This document shows, piece after piece, positions 27,887-37,570 of a stretch of 64,000 bases of DNA. Each line of letters starts with the position of its first letter. Positions within the stretch are counted from its first letter, which is position 1. The notes under the pieces are model-generated. The model was not told the origin of the DNA. It saw nothing but the letters and a program-made list of their open reading frames with translations, and made no database searches. Location of the stretch: IMG/VR virus record IMGVR_UViG_3300025018_000159; one strand, written 5' to 3'. The DNA comes from an uncultured virus (IMG/VR IMGVR_UViG_3300025018_000159) (Duplodnaviria; Heunggongvirae; Uroviricota; Caudoviricetes). Position numbers and translations under genes: made by a program.

Positions 27887-28108
27887 ATGATCTTCGAAGG
27901 AGCAGTAACCACGGAAAAAATCCTGAATAACTTTCAGGCCGGGACGGAGTTTCAGTTTCACACTGATGCAGATGTAACACTCGCGTTCTGGTTCCCGGCG
28001 AAGAATGGGTGGGGTGCTGAGATCCCCATCACCGCACCCGGTGATTTTGTCGGTGCGGGTGGAAATAAAGGCCGAATTACAGGAACAGCTAACGTAAGGA
28101 TTTTCTAA
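27887..28108 (+). CDS. Small hypothetical protein
   Basis: 73 aa; TAATG-coupled to the next gene. Confidence 0.7.
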   Translation: MIFEGAVTTEKILNNFQAGTEFQFHTDADVTLAFWFPAKNGWGAEIPITAPGDFVGAGGNKGRITGTANVRIF

Positions 28109-30108
28109 TGGGATTAACAAGAAGTATAACAGGAGGAGTTGATGCGTCGGTTCTTATTGACGCTGCACTGGATGCACTTACTCCGGAAGACATCGGCGCG
28201 GAAACCCCCGACGGAGCCGCCGCGCTCATCACCGCCCACTCCGCAGACCCAGCCGCCCACCCTGCAAAAAGCACCTCCACAGCAGGAGACCCGATAACCT
28301 CCAGCGACATCACGGCAGGATACTCTCCCGGCTCGAAATGGACAAACACATCCGACTCGTCCGTCTATTGGTGCATGGATTCCACTGCGGGCGCGGCTGT
28401 ATGGATCAGGGAGCAGGCGGGACTCTGGACAGGGTATGCAAAAGTGCGTGAAATGTGGTTCCGACGCATCATGCGCCGGGACAGCCGCTATGTCCCACCC
28501 TCCATCGAGGCGGTAAAACTCGCCGCGCCGATCCCATTCCAAGAGCGTGCCAGGGTGATCTCCGGCGATGTCCGGGTGATCTCCATCGGAAATTCCTACC
28601 GCACCCTCCCTCTCCCCCAGCTGGAAAAAGCATTCGTCAGCCGTGCCAACAGGAATGGAATATTTAGTGCGTCCGAGGTGCCAATCAACGCAGCGGGATG
28701 GTCTGCTTCATCCGGGGGGGCGAGAAACACAGACCCGACCCTAAGCCTCGTCCCGCAGCAGGGCGGTCACAATATAATCCCGGACGGTGGATCGTTTTCG
28801 ACAAAGCAAGGGCTCGGCACCGGCTATATAATCGGCTATGTCCAGCAGCCCGGCGCAGGCACCCTCTCCATTGAGGTATCCAACGATAACGGCTCAACAT
28901 GGACGTTTTTCACTGACTCGGTGGACTGTGATGGAGCGCTCGCCTACCTCAGCCTGTCTGAGACAGGGTGGACAAAGCGCGGTTATAACATCCGATTGAG
29001 CGCATCAGGCGGCCCTGTCGAAATCGGCCTCGTCTGCGTGACGGGTGCGCTCTCGCATCTGCCTGTAACCACCGGGTCATCCGCCCCCGGAGGATATGCA
29101 CAGTGGTCGGACTCCATCCTGATCCGTGAGTCCGTCGAGGCATGGTGGGGTGCATACGATGCTGATTTGGTTTTTGTCCGCTACTCGGACGATCAGGCCA
29201 TTGATCCCGAATGGTCACGCTTTGTGAGCATCCTTACCGCCGCCTGCCCTAACGCGCAGATCATCATGGTCGGCGAGCACGATAACGGATATTTTACGGG
29301 GAGGGATGCCGTCGATGGAGGTCACATCATCCGCAACGATTCGTTGCGCGAGGCGTGCAAAGACTTGCCGAATTTCTCGTTTGTAGATGTCTGGAATTGG
29401 TTGCCAAAATTCCAAGATGCCTACGATGTGGGGACTATGACCTCTCCGGACGATGTCCACCTAAACGCCGCTGGAGATGCCGTGGTGAATGCCTGCGTGT
29501 GGGAGGCGCTGCAACCGTGGCTATTCACCGACCCAGGCATCCCCGCAGCCCGTAACGACATCCGCGCCCGGCAGATTTTCGAGACGAGCGGATGGGCGCA
29601 GACACAGGTTCTCACCGACGATGTATCGGTCGCGGATGACGCGGACACAACCAACGGGCCTGCGCTATTCACATGGAGTGGACTCGACCCCGTCGGGTGG
29701 TATGAGTTGGAATGGATGATCTCAGTCACATCTAACTCCACCGTTAGGGCTAGGTTCGGCCTAAATGTGGTCACGTCTAAGGTTTTCGACTCGGTGCGGG
29801 CTGGGGGATACTTCAACGCCTCTGGCGTTTACACAAATCAACCGCCGCCTACAAACAAATCGGGGGTGTCAATGGCTAGCACAGCATTCTCGGGAGGCGG
29901 CAGCACCGTGCTCTGGACGGCGAAACAGAGTTTCAAAATCAATGGCACGGCCTCCGAGATTGTCCGGTTGCCGGGGATGGTTCAGATTTTCGCCGCCCAG
30001 CATAACAGCAACGCGACCCCGGTGGTGTTCGGACGGGGATCTACCGCCACGCTCCGCAAAATTAACGCGGGCGGAGCAAAAGCCGATCATCTGATCGGAC
30101 TCCCATAG
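28108..30108 (+). CDS. Tail spike/fibre with SGNH (GDSL) esterase domain
   Basis: ISIGNSY (block I variant) and DDVHLNAAG (DxxH, block V); virion-anchor-like N-terminus. Confidence 0.7.
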   Translation: MGLTRSITGGVDASVLIDAALDALTPEDIGAETPDGAAALITAHSADPAAHPAKSTSTAGDPITSSDITAGYSPGSKWTNTSDSSVYWCMDSTAGAAVWIREQAGLWTGYAKVREMWFRRIMRRDSRYVPPSIEAVKLAAPIPFQERARVISGDVRVISIGNSYRTLPLPQLEKAFVSRANRNGIFSASEVPINAAGWSASSGGARNTDPTLSLVPQQGGHNIIPDGGSFSTKQGLGTGYIIGYVQQPGAGTLSIEVSNDNGSTWTFFTDSVDCDGALAYLSLSETGWTKRGYNIRLSASGGPVEIGLVCVTGALSHLPVTTGSSAPGGYAQWSDSILIRESVEAWWGAYDADLVFVRYSDDQAIDPEWSRFVSILTAACPNAQIIMVGEHDNGYFTGRDAVDGGHIIRNDSLREACKDLPNFSFVDVWNWLPKFQDAYDVGTMTSPDDVHLNAAGDAVVNACVWEALQPWLFTDPGIPAARNDIRARQIFETSGWAQTQVLTDDVSVADDADTTNGPALFTWSGLDPVGWYELEWMISVTSNSTVRARFGLNVVTSKVFDSVRAGGYFNASGVYTNQPPPTNKSGVSMASTAFSGGGSTVLWTAKQSFKINGTASEIVRLPGMVQIFAAQHNSNATPVVFGRGSTATLRKINAGGAKADHLIGLP

Positions 30109-30206
30109 ATCATCCACCTCTCCGACTCATGAACTGGTTCCAGGAAAAGCTCTTCTATTCCGCAACGGTAATGCTCTCACCATACCCACTCTAACCCCCA
30201 ACCACC

Positions 30207-30953
30207 ATGTCCTGCAACTGCACATCCACCACAACCCTACCCGTAATCGGGTCGGACGCCCCCTGCCCTGAAACCCCGGCTCAGTGCCAAGACGCCAGCA
30301 GCGATCCATCGACGGGAAGCACGCTTGCCAGTTCATGGCTGGACGCCCAGACAGAGAGCGAAAACATCGTCATCCTCGCCCGCAAGGGGAGCGTTCTCAC
30401 CCGGTTTTGTGGCAGCGGTTTTATCCAGCTTGTCAACGGACTTGCTTCCGTCGTCACCAGCGTCCCACTCAAGCTCCGGACGCTGTGGCACAACTACTAT
30501 AAACCCAGTGCTTCGTCTGCACCCACCATCGGAGAACCTCTCGATTTCAAGCACCTTGTTGTGGCTGACAACGACGGCAACCTCCACGGCATCCAGGGTA
30601 GGCGCACGGAAGACAGTGTTTTCCGCTGGAACTCCACGACCCAAACTTACGAGCAGATCCCCGAGTCTGAGACCACGAAATGTCAGAAGGGTCTCTTGCC
30701 CAGACTTGCCTCGCTGGAACTCGTTGGCTACGCCCCTGTTGCCGATAACAACAGCAACCCCGTCCGCTGCCTTTCCACACTTGCCGGAAAAGGAATCATC
30801 ATGTTCAGCCAAGTCGCCACTGTAACCGATCCTGGAGATCCCTGTGACAGTTCCCTCGCTTCTGTGGCCACAATCCTCCCGTATCCCGAAGTGGACTCCA
30901 TCCTGAAGTTTTCGATCAGCACGGGACTTCCATACTGGAGCGAAGATGTCTAA
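30207..30953 (+). CDS. Cys-rich structural protein
   Basis: 248-aa ORF in the tail module. Confidence 0.7.
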   Translation: MSCNCTSTTTLPVIGSDAPCPETPAQCQDASSDPSTGSTLASSWLDAQTESENIVILARKGSVLTRFCGSGFIQLVNGLASVVTSVPLKLRTLWHNYYKPSASSAPTIGEPLDFKHLVVADNDGNLHGIQGRRTEDSVFRWNSTTQTYEQIPESETTKCQKGLLPRLASLELVGYAPVADNNSNPVRCLSTLAGKGIIMFSQVATVTDPGDPCDSSLASVATILPYPEVDSILKFSISTGLPYWSEDV

Positions 30954-32886
30954 GGTCAACCTACTACAGGCCGGGACGGTGGGGGTCGATATGAAGACCA
31001 ACCCCCTCTTCCTGACCAACGGAAAGCTCCACTCGGCTACGAACATCGTTTTCGAGGAAGCTGTGATCCGGACACGCCCCGGTTTCAGATACAGTTATCT
31101 CGGCATTGCTGGAAAGTTCCAGGGCGCTGCATTCTTCAGGCCGCGTCACGGTCTCTCTTCGAAGGCGCTCAGTGAGGCGGCGGATTCGCTGGCTGTGGTC
31201 GTGGACGGTGAAGCATGGCTCGGCTGCAACAAGGTGGGCGGAGAGTTTGCCTGTGGTGAAGCCGTCAACATTTTCCCGGCGGAGAACTACCTCGTCTTCC
31301 AGAACCCGAACAGCAACACCTATTGGTGGGACGGATTCACATTGACTGAAAGCCCCGGACTCAATGAAGAGCACTGGGACGAGATCGAGACACCTTTGGC
31401 TGAAATCGAGCACGAGACCCCTGTGGCGGATATTCCGGAGTGTGGTGGCGAATCACCCGAGGCGTCCTTCACACTTACTATAACCGTAGTAGATGCTGCC
31501 TCTAATCCTGTTGAGGGGGCTTTGGTTGTCCTCAAGACAAACGGGACACGTGCCTACCAGGGCATCTCAGACGCTCTTGGTAAAATTATCCTTAACCCTA
31601 CTCCACGCCTCTATACCTGCGATGTTTCCAAGGACGGGTATGACGCACTGTTCGATCAGGATCTGGTGGTCAGCGGTGAGGCTACGGAGTATCAGTATGA
31701 CGATTGCGTGGAGCCTGTCATTCTTGTGGGCGGGGATCTGAGCATTACGTTTGTGATGGGCACTGGTGAAGGGACTGGGTGCTTGGGTTGTGACGGGGTT
31801 GGGTTCCCTGCTCCTCCGGGTGATGGAGATCCTGGTATTTGCCCTAATAACATCTGTAGTAGGGTTACTTTTGTAGAAAAGCTCGAAGCTGAAGTTGGTG
31901 ATGGAACGCTGTTCCCCTTGCAAGTTACACAGGAGCAGATGGTGGCCATCATGTATCGAGTCAGGGACGCAAAATTCACTTCCGGGGAGATCACACAGCT
32001 CGACATTCCATCGGAGGGCGGTTTCACGACTACAACCAAGTTCACTTTCTCTTTCCAAGATCCCCCTCCCGAGTTCTGTGATTCTGTGTCTGACGGATTC
32101 ACGGTCAGGTCATACTGCACCTTCGCTGAAGGTCTCGTATCCCCCGCCGTGCCTATGCCGGAATATACGGAACCAATTTTCGGGGATGCTTACTACTTCA
32201 CGGATGCCTATAACCCGAACGGAGCTGGTTCCGGTAGCATTGGTGTTAGGGATGCTGTCAGCGAGCTGGCTGTGTGTGCGGAGGTGACTCGGCCAAACCC
32301 TCACGATGAGTTCGCCGCTGACGTGACTGGTTACGACATATCAGGGGCTGCTTCCCTCCAGTTTTTCGATCTAGCAGTCATCTCGGCGTTCGTCGGTGGC
32401 GGGGAGTTTAGAACAGGTTTCACGCAACACGCTGCGTGGAATTATTTTGGCGCAACTCACCCCCACTTGACCAAATACTTACCTATCGCAAAAGCGGAAA
32501 ACTTTGCCGAAGAGGGCGACGTGGAGTATGGCTACGCAGAGATGCAGCTGATTTTCTCCGGACTTGTGGCGTTCGTAGATGATGACGGATCAGGCGACCC
32601 GACAAGTCCTGGAAACCGCATGTTCATAGGTTTGGAGTTTGACGGGACAAGTGACATCTCCCCACTCGGCAACCACTACACTACACGGGAGAAGGCAAAC
32701 ACGGTCGGAGCAAACTTGGTCTTTAACTTTGGCGGAAGCGGCATACCGGAAGCGTCGTGCCCTCTCTATGGACTTCTTGAAGTCACAGGAAGCGCAACCG
32801 ACCTCGTAATCTCGGCCACAAAATGGTGGGAGTATCCTACCTGCGCCTCAGGTTCCTTCGACCCGGACACGGGGCTACCGCTATGA
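30946..32886 (+). CDS. Tail nozzle-like N-terminal part fused to a carboxypeptidase-regulatory/Ig-like domain and an acidic region
   Basis: N-terminus GVDMKTNP...ATNIVF...IRTRPG resembles podovirus nozzle starts; TLTITVVDAASNPVEGALV...YTCDVSKDGY domain follows. Confidence 0.55.
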   Translation: MSKVNLLQAGTVGVDMKTNPLFLTNGKLHSATNIVFEEAVIRTRPGFRYSYLGIAGKFQGAAFFRPRHGLSSKALSEAADSLAVVVDGEAWLGCNKVGGEFACGEAVNIFPAENYLVFQNPNSNTYWWDGFTLTESPGLNEEHWDEIETPLAEIEHETPVADIPECGGESPEASFTLTITVVDAASNPVEGALVVLKTNGTRAYQGISDALGKIILNPTPRLYTCDVSKDGYDALFDQDLVVSGEATEYQYDDCVEPVILVGGDLSITFVMGTGEGTGCLGCDGVGFPAPPGDGDPGICPNNICSRVTFVEKLEAEVGDGTLFPLQVTQEQMVAIMYRVRDAKFTSGEITQLDIPSEGGFTTTTKFTFSFQDPPPEFCDSVSDGFTVRSYCTFAEGLVSPAVPMPEYTEPIFGDAYYFTDAYNPNGAGSGSIGVRDAVSELAVCAEVTRPNPHDEFAADVTGYDISGAASLQFFDLAVISAFVGGGEFRTGFTQHAAWNYFGATHPHLTKYLPIAKAENFAEEGDVEYGYAEMQLIFSGLVAFVDDDGSGDPTSPGNRMFIGLEFDGTSDISPLGNHYTTREKANTVGANLVFNFGGSGIPEASCPLYGLLEVTGSATDLVISATKWWEYPTCASGSFDPDTGLPL

Positions 32887-34292
32887 CCACACCCCAACCA
32901 TATTTCGGCAAACAGGCTCTCTCCACCAAGGAGAGCAGTCACGATACCCTCGACTCTGCCAACCACAGCAACTGGCTCTCCAATAATGCCGGACTGGGGA
33001 TCTACGCGCACGGGCGAATCCACCAGGAGGTCGAGCACCTGATCTATGTCGGCGACCTGATCCACAAGCGCGGTCACATGACTTCCGAGGACATCCTGCT
33101 CATGGAGGAACAGGAGCTGCTTTCGATGAGCGACCCGCTCTCTACGAACTCCCGGTTGGGAAGCCTGAGAGCACTGGCTGTCTTGCCAACGATGAACACC
33201 TCGAATGGTGAGGGGGATCTCATCGCCTATTACGAGCATGGTGTGGTCTCTTTCAACACCCACGAGGCTCCCCGTGAAACGCGACATGACGGAAGGGGTA
33301 AGCAGATCAGTGCCGGGTGGGATACCAAGAGGCTGGTAAGCCATCTACTCAATTATCTTGGCGCTGTGGGTAGGGATGCCGTGGCCGTCCTCCCCCGTGA
33401 CCATCTCTTCCGCTCACATCGCGGCCTGCACTTCCTGAGTGTGGCTCTCGGGCAGGGGACGTTCAACAGTGAGAACACCAACCGGATGTCGATGGACGTG
33501 GAGCCGATCCTCGAAGCTGATACCGATCTGTCCGGAGCCGCGTGCGGTTTTTGGGTTGAGGGCGACAGGATGTTCTGCACTACTGGACTCATAGTAGATC
33601 CGCTCATCTCCGCCAGTTCATTTGGCCGGGGCTTTGTCTCATGGAACCAAGCCGTCACTTTCACCGATGACCGCACCCCCCGCGCTGCGTGGGAAGGTCT
33701 GTGGCTTCCTGACAACAGTGTGGCAGGCATCCACTGCTTTGTTGACCACAGCGAGCTTGGCTATGGTTTCCTGTGCTCGGACAGGCAAGGTTCCCTGATG
33801 TTTGCAGCAATCGACAAGGACGCCAAGGAGGATTCTTTCGAGGGCGCTGCGGTTCCGGTTGAGTGGTCGTTCGAGACCGGGCGTTTCGCCCCCAGCGGAC
33901 TTGGCACCAGTTCCTCGATCAACGGATTGACCTTGGAGTTTGTGGTATCCTCTTCCGCTACCAGTCTCCGCATCATGGGCAGAACCGACAGGAAACCCGA
34001 GTGGGCTTTGTGGGGTTCCCTCAGCAACAGCGACATTGGAATTACAGATGGTCAGAGCATCCTGCGTCAGGTTTCCTTCGGAAAGCCAAGTGCCGGAACC
34101 AGTGACTGCACATGGGTTCAGTTCAGGGTTGAAGGTCTTGGTGATACTGAGATCCGCCTGCTGGAGCTTGACTTTTCCACCACGACTGTTAAAACAAAGC
34201 GGAATCACAAGCAGATTCTTCCGGAGGAATCCTCAGAGGATTACTTTAGGAATCAAGACACACCTTACTCTAGCAGATGGCAACAGGACTGA
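32883..34292 (+). CDS. Tail nozzle/stabilisation beta-propeller, C-terminal part
   Basis: ATG 32883; GIYAHGRI...YVGDL, DHLFRS..GLH and AWEGLW blade-like motifs. Confidence 0.6.
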   Translation: MTTPQPYFGKQALSTKESSHDTLDSANHSNWLSNNAGLGIYAHGRIHQEVEHLIYVGDLIHKRGHMTSEDILLMEEQELLSMSDPLSTNSRLGSLRALAVLPTMNTSNGEGDLIAYYEHGVVSFNTHEAPRETRHDGRGKQISAGWDTKRLVSHLLNYLGAVGRDAVAVLPRDHLFRSHRGLHFLSVALGQGTFNSENTNRMSMDVEPILEADTDLSGAACGFWVEGDRMFCTTGLIVDPLISASSFGRGFVSWNQAVTFTDDRTPRAAWEGLWLPDNSVAGIHCFVDHSELGYGFLCSDRQGSLMFAAIDKDAKEDSFEGAAVPVEWSFETGRFAPSGLGTSSSINGLTLEFVVSSSATSLRIMGRTDRKPEWALWGSLSNSDIGITDGQSILRQVSFGKPSAGTSDCTWVQFRVEGLGDTEIRLLELDFSTTTVKTKRNHKQILPEESSEDYFRNQDTPYSSRWQQD

Positions 34293-35272
34293 CACCGATG
34301 ACAGTAGCGGAAGCTGGGCCAATTATGGCTTCAGCTATGGGTCTGGACTGGTCTGACAACAGGTTCGAAGTGGTCAACTACCTCAACAAGTTTCGTCTCT
34401 TGGTCTATACCGACTACGATAAGCTGAAGCTCTTTGACGATACCTTCCACTGCATGTGTGTGGAGAGTTTCTATGACCTGTGCCCTGACCCTGACTGTGC
34501 CACACAATACCAGGGCTTCACCCTCCCTGAGGATGTCCTAGGTGTGGTTGCTGCATGGGAGTATGGCTATCCGCTGAAGATGCGCTCGCGTTGGCGGGAA
34601 TCCCACAACGGGATCGGAACCTCCGGCCTGCCCCGCGCAGAGATCATCGCGATGGCTCAGATGTTCTGCACTGAGCGGGACATCACCACCACTTCCAAAC
34701 TGAAGGTTTTTTGTGAACATGCTTCCGATGCCGGGAAGGTGGTTACTATGGAAGTCATTGACTCCCGCTACAAGCAGCGCAAGATAAGCTTTACCCTCAT
34801 CCACGAGGGTCTCGCCGTGTCGCCTTTCAAGGTCAGGAAAATCCTTTCGGTAAGCCTCCCCTCCGGACGGTGCGGAAGCGTCAAGCTCATGCAGGATGAC
34901 GGGTTCGTCCTTTCCGAATACACCCCGTGGGAGACGGTTCCGAACTACCGCCGTGTCAAGGTGGCCACTGTTTGCAGAGCTAGCACGATACTCATTCAGG
35001 GCACCAAAAAGTTTAACAGGATTTACTTTGACAGTGATATTGTTGAGGTGGGGAACCAGCTCATCATTGAAGCTGCCGGAAGATATTTCAAGTTCGGGGA
35101 AAACACCGTTGAGGCAGACGAGATCAACCGGGCGCAACTCGACAAGGCCGAGATGAACAGGCTGCTGATCGGGGAAATTTCCCGGCACAGGGGTCACGCC
35201 ATTCAGGACGGAAGCCCCTTCAAAGGCAGACCGTCGCCAGTAAGAAGAACACTACCAGGATATTCACGATGA
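34277..35272 (+). CDS. Probable head-tail adaptor (tail tubular protein A-like)
   Basis: Position, size and helical termini (IIEAAGRYFKF...); the assignment is inferred. Confidence 0.5.
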   Translation: MATGLTPMTVAEAGPIMASAMGLDWSDNRFEVVNYLNKFRLLVYTDYDKLKLFDDTFHCMCVESFYDLCPDPDCATQYQGFTLPEDVLGVVAAWEYGYPLKMRSRWRESHNGIGTSGLPRAEIIAMAQMFCTERDITTTSKLKVFCEHASDAGKVVTMEVIDSRYKQRKISFTLIHEGLAVSPFKVRKILSVSLPSGRCGSVKLMQDDGFVLSEYTPWETVPNYRRVKVATVCRASTILIQGTKKFNRIYFDSDIVEVGNQLIIEAAGRYFKFGENTVEADEINRAQLDKAEMNRLLIGEISRHRGHAIQDGSPFKGRPSPVRRTLPGYSR

Positions 35273-35724
35273 GCTTCAGACTTTACCCTCTTACCGAGAG
35301 CAAGATCGACAACATCTCCGAGATTGTTCGGAGCGCCCATGCCGAACTAAAGCTCGGGAGCCGCGCAACCGTGAAAAGTTCACTCGACAGTGTGAAGGCA
35401 GGTTACGCTTCCAGGAGCATGGCGGTTTACGTCGATAGCGTGGAACAGCCAAAACACTGTCTCGTTCTTGCCACAATGCCGGGGATTGCCACTGACGGGC
35501 TGCTTGTGGCTGTCATACTGATTTACTCGCTGCCGGAGCACAGGGCTGACCCCAGCGTCACCAAGGCAATGATGGAGACCATCGAGAACTACTCGAAGCT
35601 CAACGGTGCATCATGTATCCTTGGAAGCTCGTGGAAGTTCGGCGGCACCAAGGGAATTGATGCGCTGTGGAAAGCCAATGGCTATGTCCCACAGGAAACC
35701 GTATATGTAAAACTACTCGAATGA
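35269..35724 (+). CDS. GNAT-fold acetyltransferase-like virion-associated protein
   Basis: IYSLPEHR...AMMETIENYSK.NG...LWKANGYVPQETVY; typical position before ejection proteins. Confidence 0.7.
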   Translation: MSFRLYPLTESKIDNISEIVRSAHAELKLGSRATVKSSLDSVKAGYASRSMAVYVDSVEQPKHCLVLATMPGIATDGLLVAVILIYSLPEHRADPSVTKAMMETIENYSKLNGASCILGSSWKFGGTKGIDALWKANGYVPQETVYVKLLE

Positions 35725-36866
35725 ATAGTCTCGAACGAAAACTAGATGGCAGGCTTCACTACGGTGGAGGTGATGTCGGTCAAGCCATTGCAGCAGGTCT
35801 GTATGTGGCTTCGAACATTTATTCGTGGTCTGAGGCGAAGAAGATGCCGAAGCTCCAGGCTGAGGCGAACAAGGAAGTCCTCCGCCTGCAAAAGGCCGAC
35901 TACGATGCCATCTCGGCGGAGCAGCGTGCAATCCTGAACGCGGCCATCGACTTCTACCTCCAGTCCACAGAGCAACTGCTTGATTCCGGTGACTACGAGG
36001 AGGCTTTCGCCGACGTGCCGATTGCCGCCGAATACATCCCTGTGGATGCGTGCTGTGTTCAGGGTTCCACAATCGAGTGCAACATCGACAAGACAGCCCG
36101 TGCTGACGCTTTTGTCCAGAACATCAACAGGCTCCATGAGCGGAACGACCTTGTTCACGTCCTCTCGTTCGATCCGCGTTTCCTTGTGACTCTCGACATC
36201 CAATCGAAGTCCGTGCAGGATCTCACACGCGGAATCCTCTCTGTGGGTGATGTGGTTGAGGTTCTTTCCGATGGTGCCGAACAGGCGATGCTCACCGGGC
36301 GGATCGGGAACACGAAGCGCACCACAGCGCGGGATCTCGGCATTTCCAAGATGCGTGCTCAGGCCGCTGGCCGTGCCGAGTTCCGTGAGACCATCGCTTG
36401 GGGCAACACACAGGTCTCACCCCTCCAGCGCCAGAAGGAGGTCATGTCCATGATGGTCTCACCTTCGGAAAGGATTTCCTTGGCACTGAACCAAGCACAG
36501 CTCATCCAGCAGTCTCTTCAGAACAAGAACAACTCCCTTGCCCAGAAGTCACCGCATCTTTTTGCCAAGCTCCAAACCCGCATCAGCCGGGACATCACGA
36601 GGCTCCAGCAGAAGGCGAGTGAAGCTCTCTTGGTGAATACACATGTAGGTAATTACGCGGCTACGATTGTCCCTAAGACTTCCAACATAAGTGGACTGGT
36701 TGGTGCTATTGGTGATGCTGTCTCCCACGTGAACAGTTCTCACTTCTTCGGCGGGCCTCCTTCCGCGCAGGACGGCTACCAGGGTGGACGCACCGGAACA
36801 GCAGCCAGTCCTCTGAAAGCACAGCGTGTAGAGGGCTACAACTACGATGATGACTCGTCCAAATGA
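35721..36866 (+). CDS. Internal virion/ejection protein
   Basis: ATG 35721; Gly/Ala-rich hydrophobic start and a Q-rich helical body. Confidence 0.65.
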   Translation: MNSLERKLDGRLHYGGGDVGQAIAAGLYVASNIYSWSEAKKMPKLQAEANKEVLRLQKADYDAISAEQRAILNAAIDFYLQSTEQLLDSGDYEEAFADVPIAAEYIPVDACCVQGSTIECNIDKTARADAFVQNINRLHERNDLVHVLSFDPRFLVTLDIQSKSVQDLTRGILSVGDVVEVLSDGAEQAMLTGRIGNTKRTTARDLGISKMRAQAAGRAEFRETIAWGNTQVSPLQRQKEVMSMMVSPSERISLALNQAQLIQQSLQNKNNSLAQKSPHLFAKLQTRISRDITRLQQKASEALLVNTHVGNYAATIVPKTSNISGLVGAIGDAVSHVNSSHFFGGPPSAQDGYQGGRTGTAASPLKAQRVEGYNYDDDSSK

Positions 36867-37570
36867 CCTCCACACCACAGCAGCTTTTCACTCCCGATCC
36901 CGGCACCATTACGGACTTCACTGGCAAGCGCCCTGCTGACATCTACAACGAGTCTGTGATGCCGACTGTCAACTCCTTCCTCGATCTGTTGGGGGATGAC
37001 CCTGGCGGTCTCGATGAGGCGCGTAAGCGTCGTCAGCAACAGGCTGCTGTCGATGCCAGCTTGCTGGACGAGGCACCGCAGGAGCAGAATTTTGTGGATC
37101 AGATGCTGGCGCGGAAACGGGGGGAGGAACCTGTCCTGCCTGTGGACAACGATCTATATGTGACACCCACTGTGGACTATAACAGTGCCGAAAGCAACGC
37201 ACCTGGCAGCGCCCCAACCAAAACTGAGTTTAAAGGCGGGATGAAGATCAAGCTTGCCAACTACGGCTACGATTCGGATACATCACCCGATTACAACTCC
37301 AATGTGCTCCGTATTGGTCATGCAAACAATAAACTAAAGGACGGAGTATCCGCAGCTTTAACAAAAAGCCTGGCTAAAAGGTTGGGTTTAAAGACTGGCG
37401 ATTACTTTGAGGCTGTGACTGCGGAGGGTAAGGTGTTGAAGAGGCGCTACGACGACACTGTGCCCTCAGTCTATCGCGGAAAGAAATTACCTGAAACCGT
37501 TGACTTATATGAACGGTCTGGTAAAAATAACTTCGGCGGCACTGTCGTTGATATACGACCTATACGATAA
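36863..37570 (+). CDS. Virion protein with C-terminal 3D/double-psi-barrel (MltA-like) domain
   Basis: SAALTKSLAKRLGLKTGD...RRYDDTVP...TVDLY resembles the 3D-domain AEDTG...RIDIY pattern. Confidence 0.5.
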   Translation: MTSTPQQLFTPDPGTITDFTGKRPADIYNESVMPTVNSFLDLLGDDPGGLDEARKRRQQQAAVDASLLDEAPQEQNFVDQMLARKRGEEPVLPVDNDLYVTPTVDYNSAESNAPGSAPTKTEFKGGMKIKLANYGYDSDTSPDYNSNVLRIGHANNKLKDGVSAALTKSLAKRLGLKTGDYFEAVTAEGKVLKRRYDDTVPSVYRGKKLPETVDLYERSGKNNFGGTVVDIRPIR

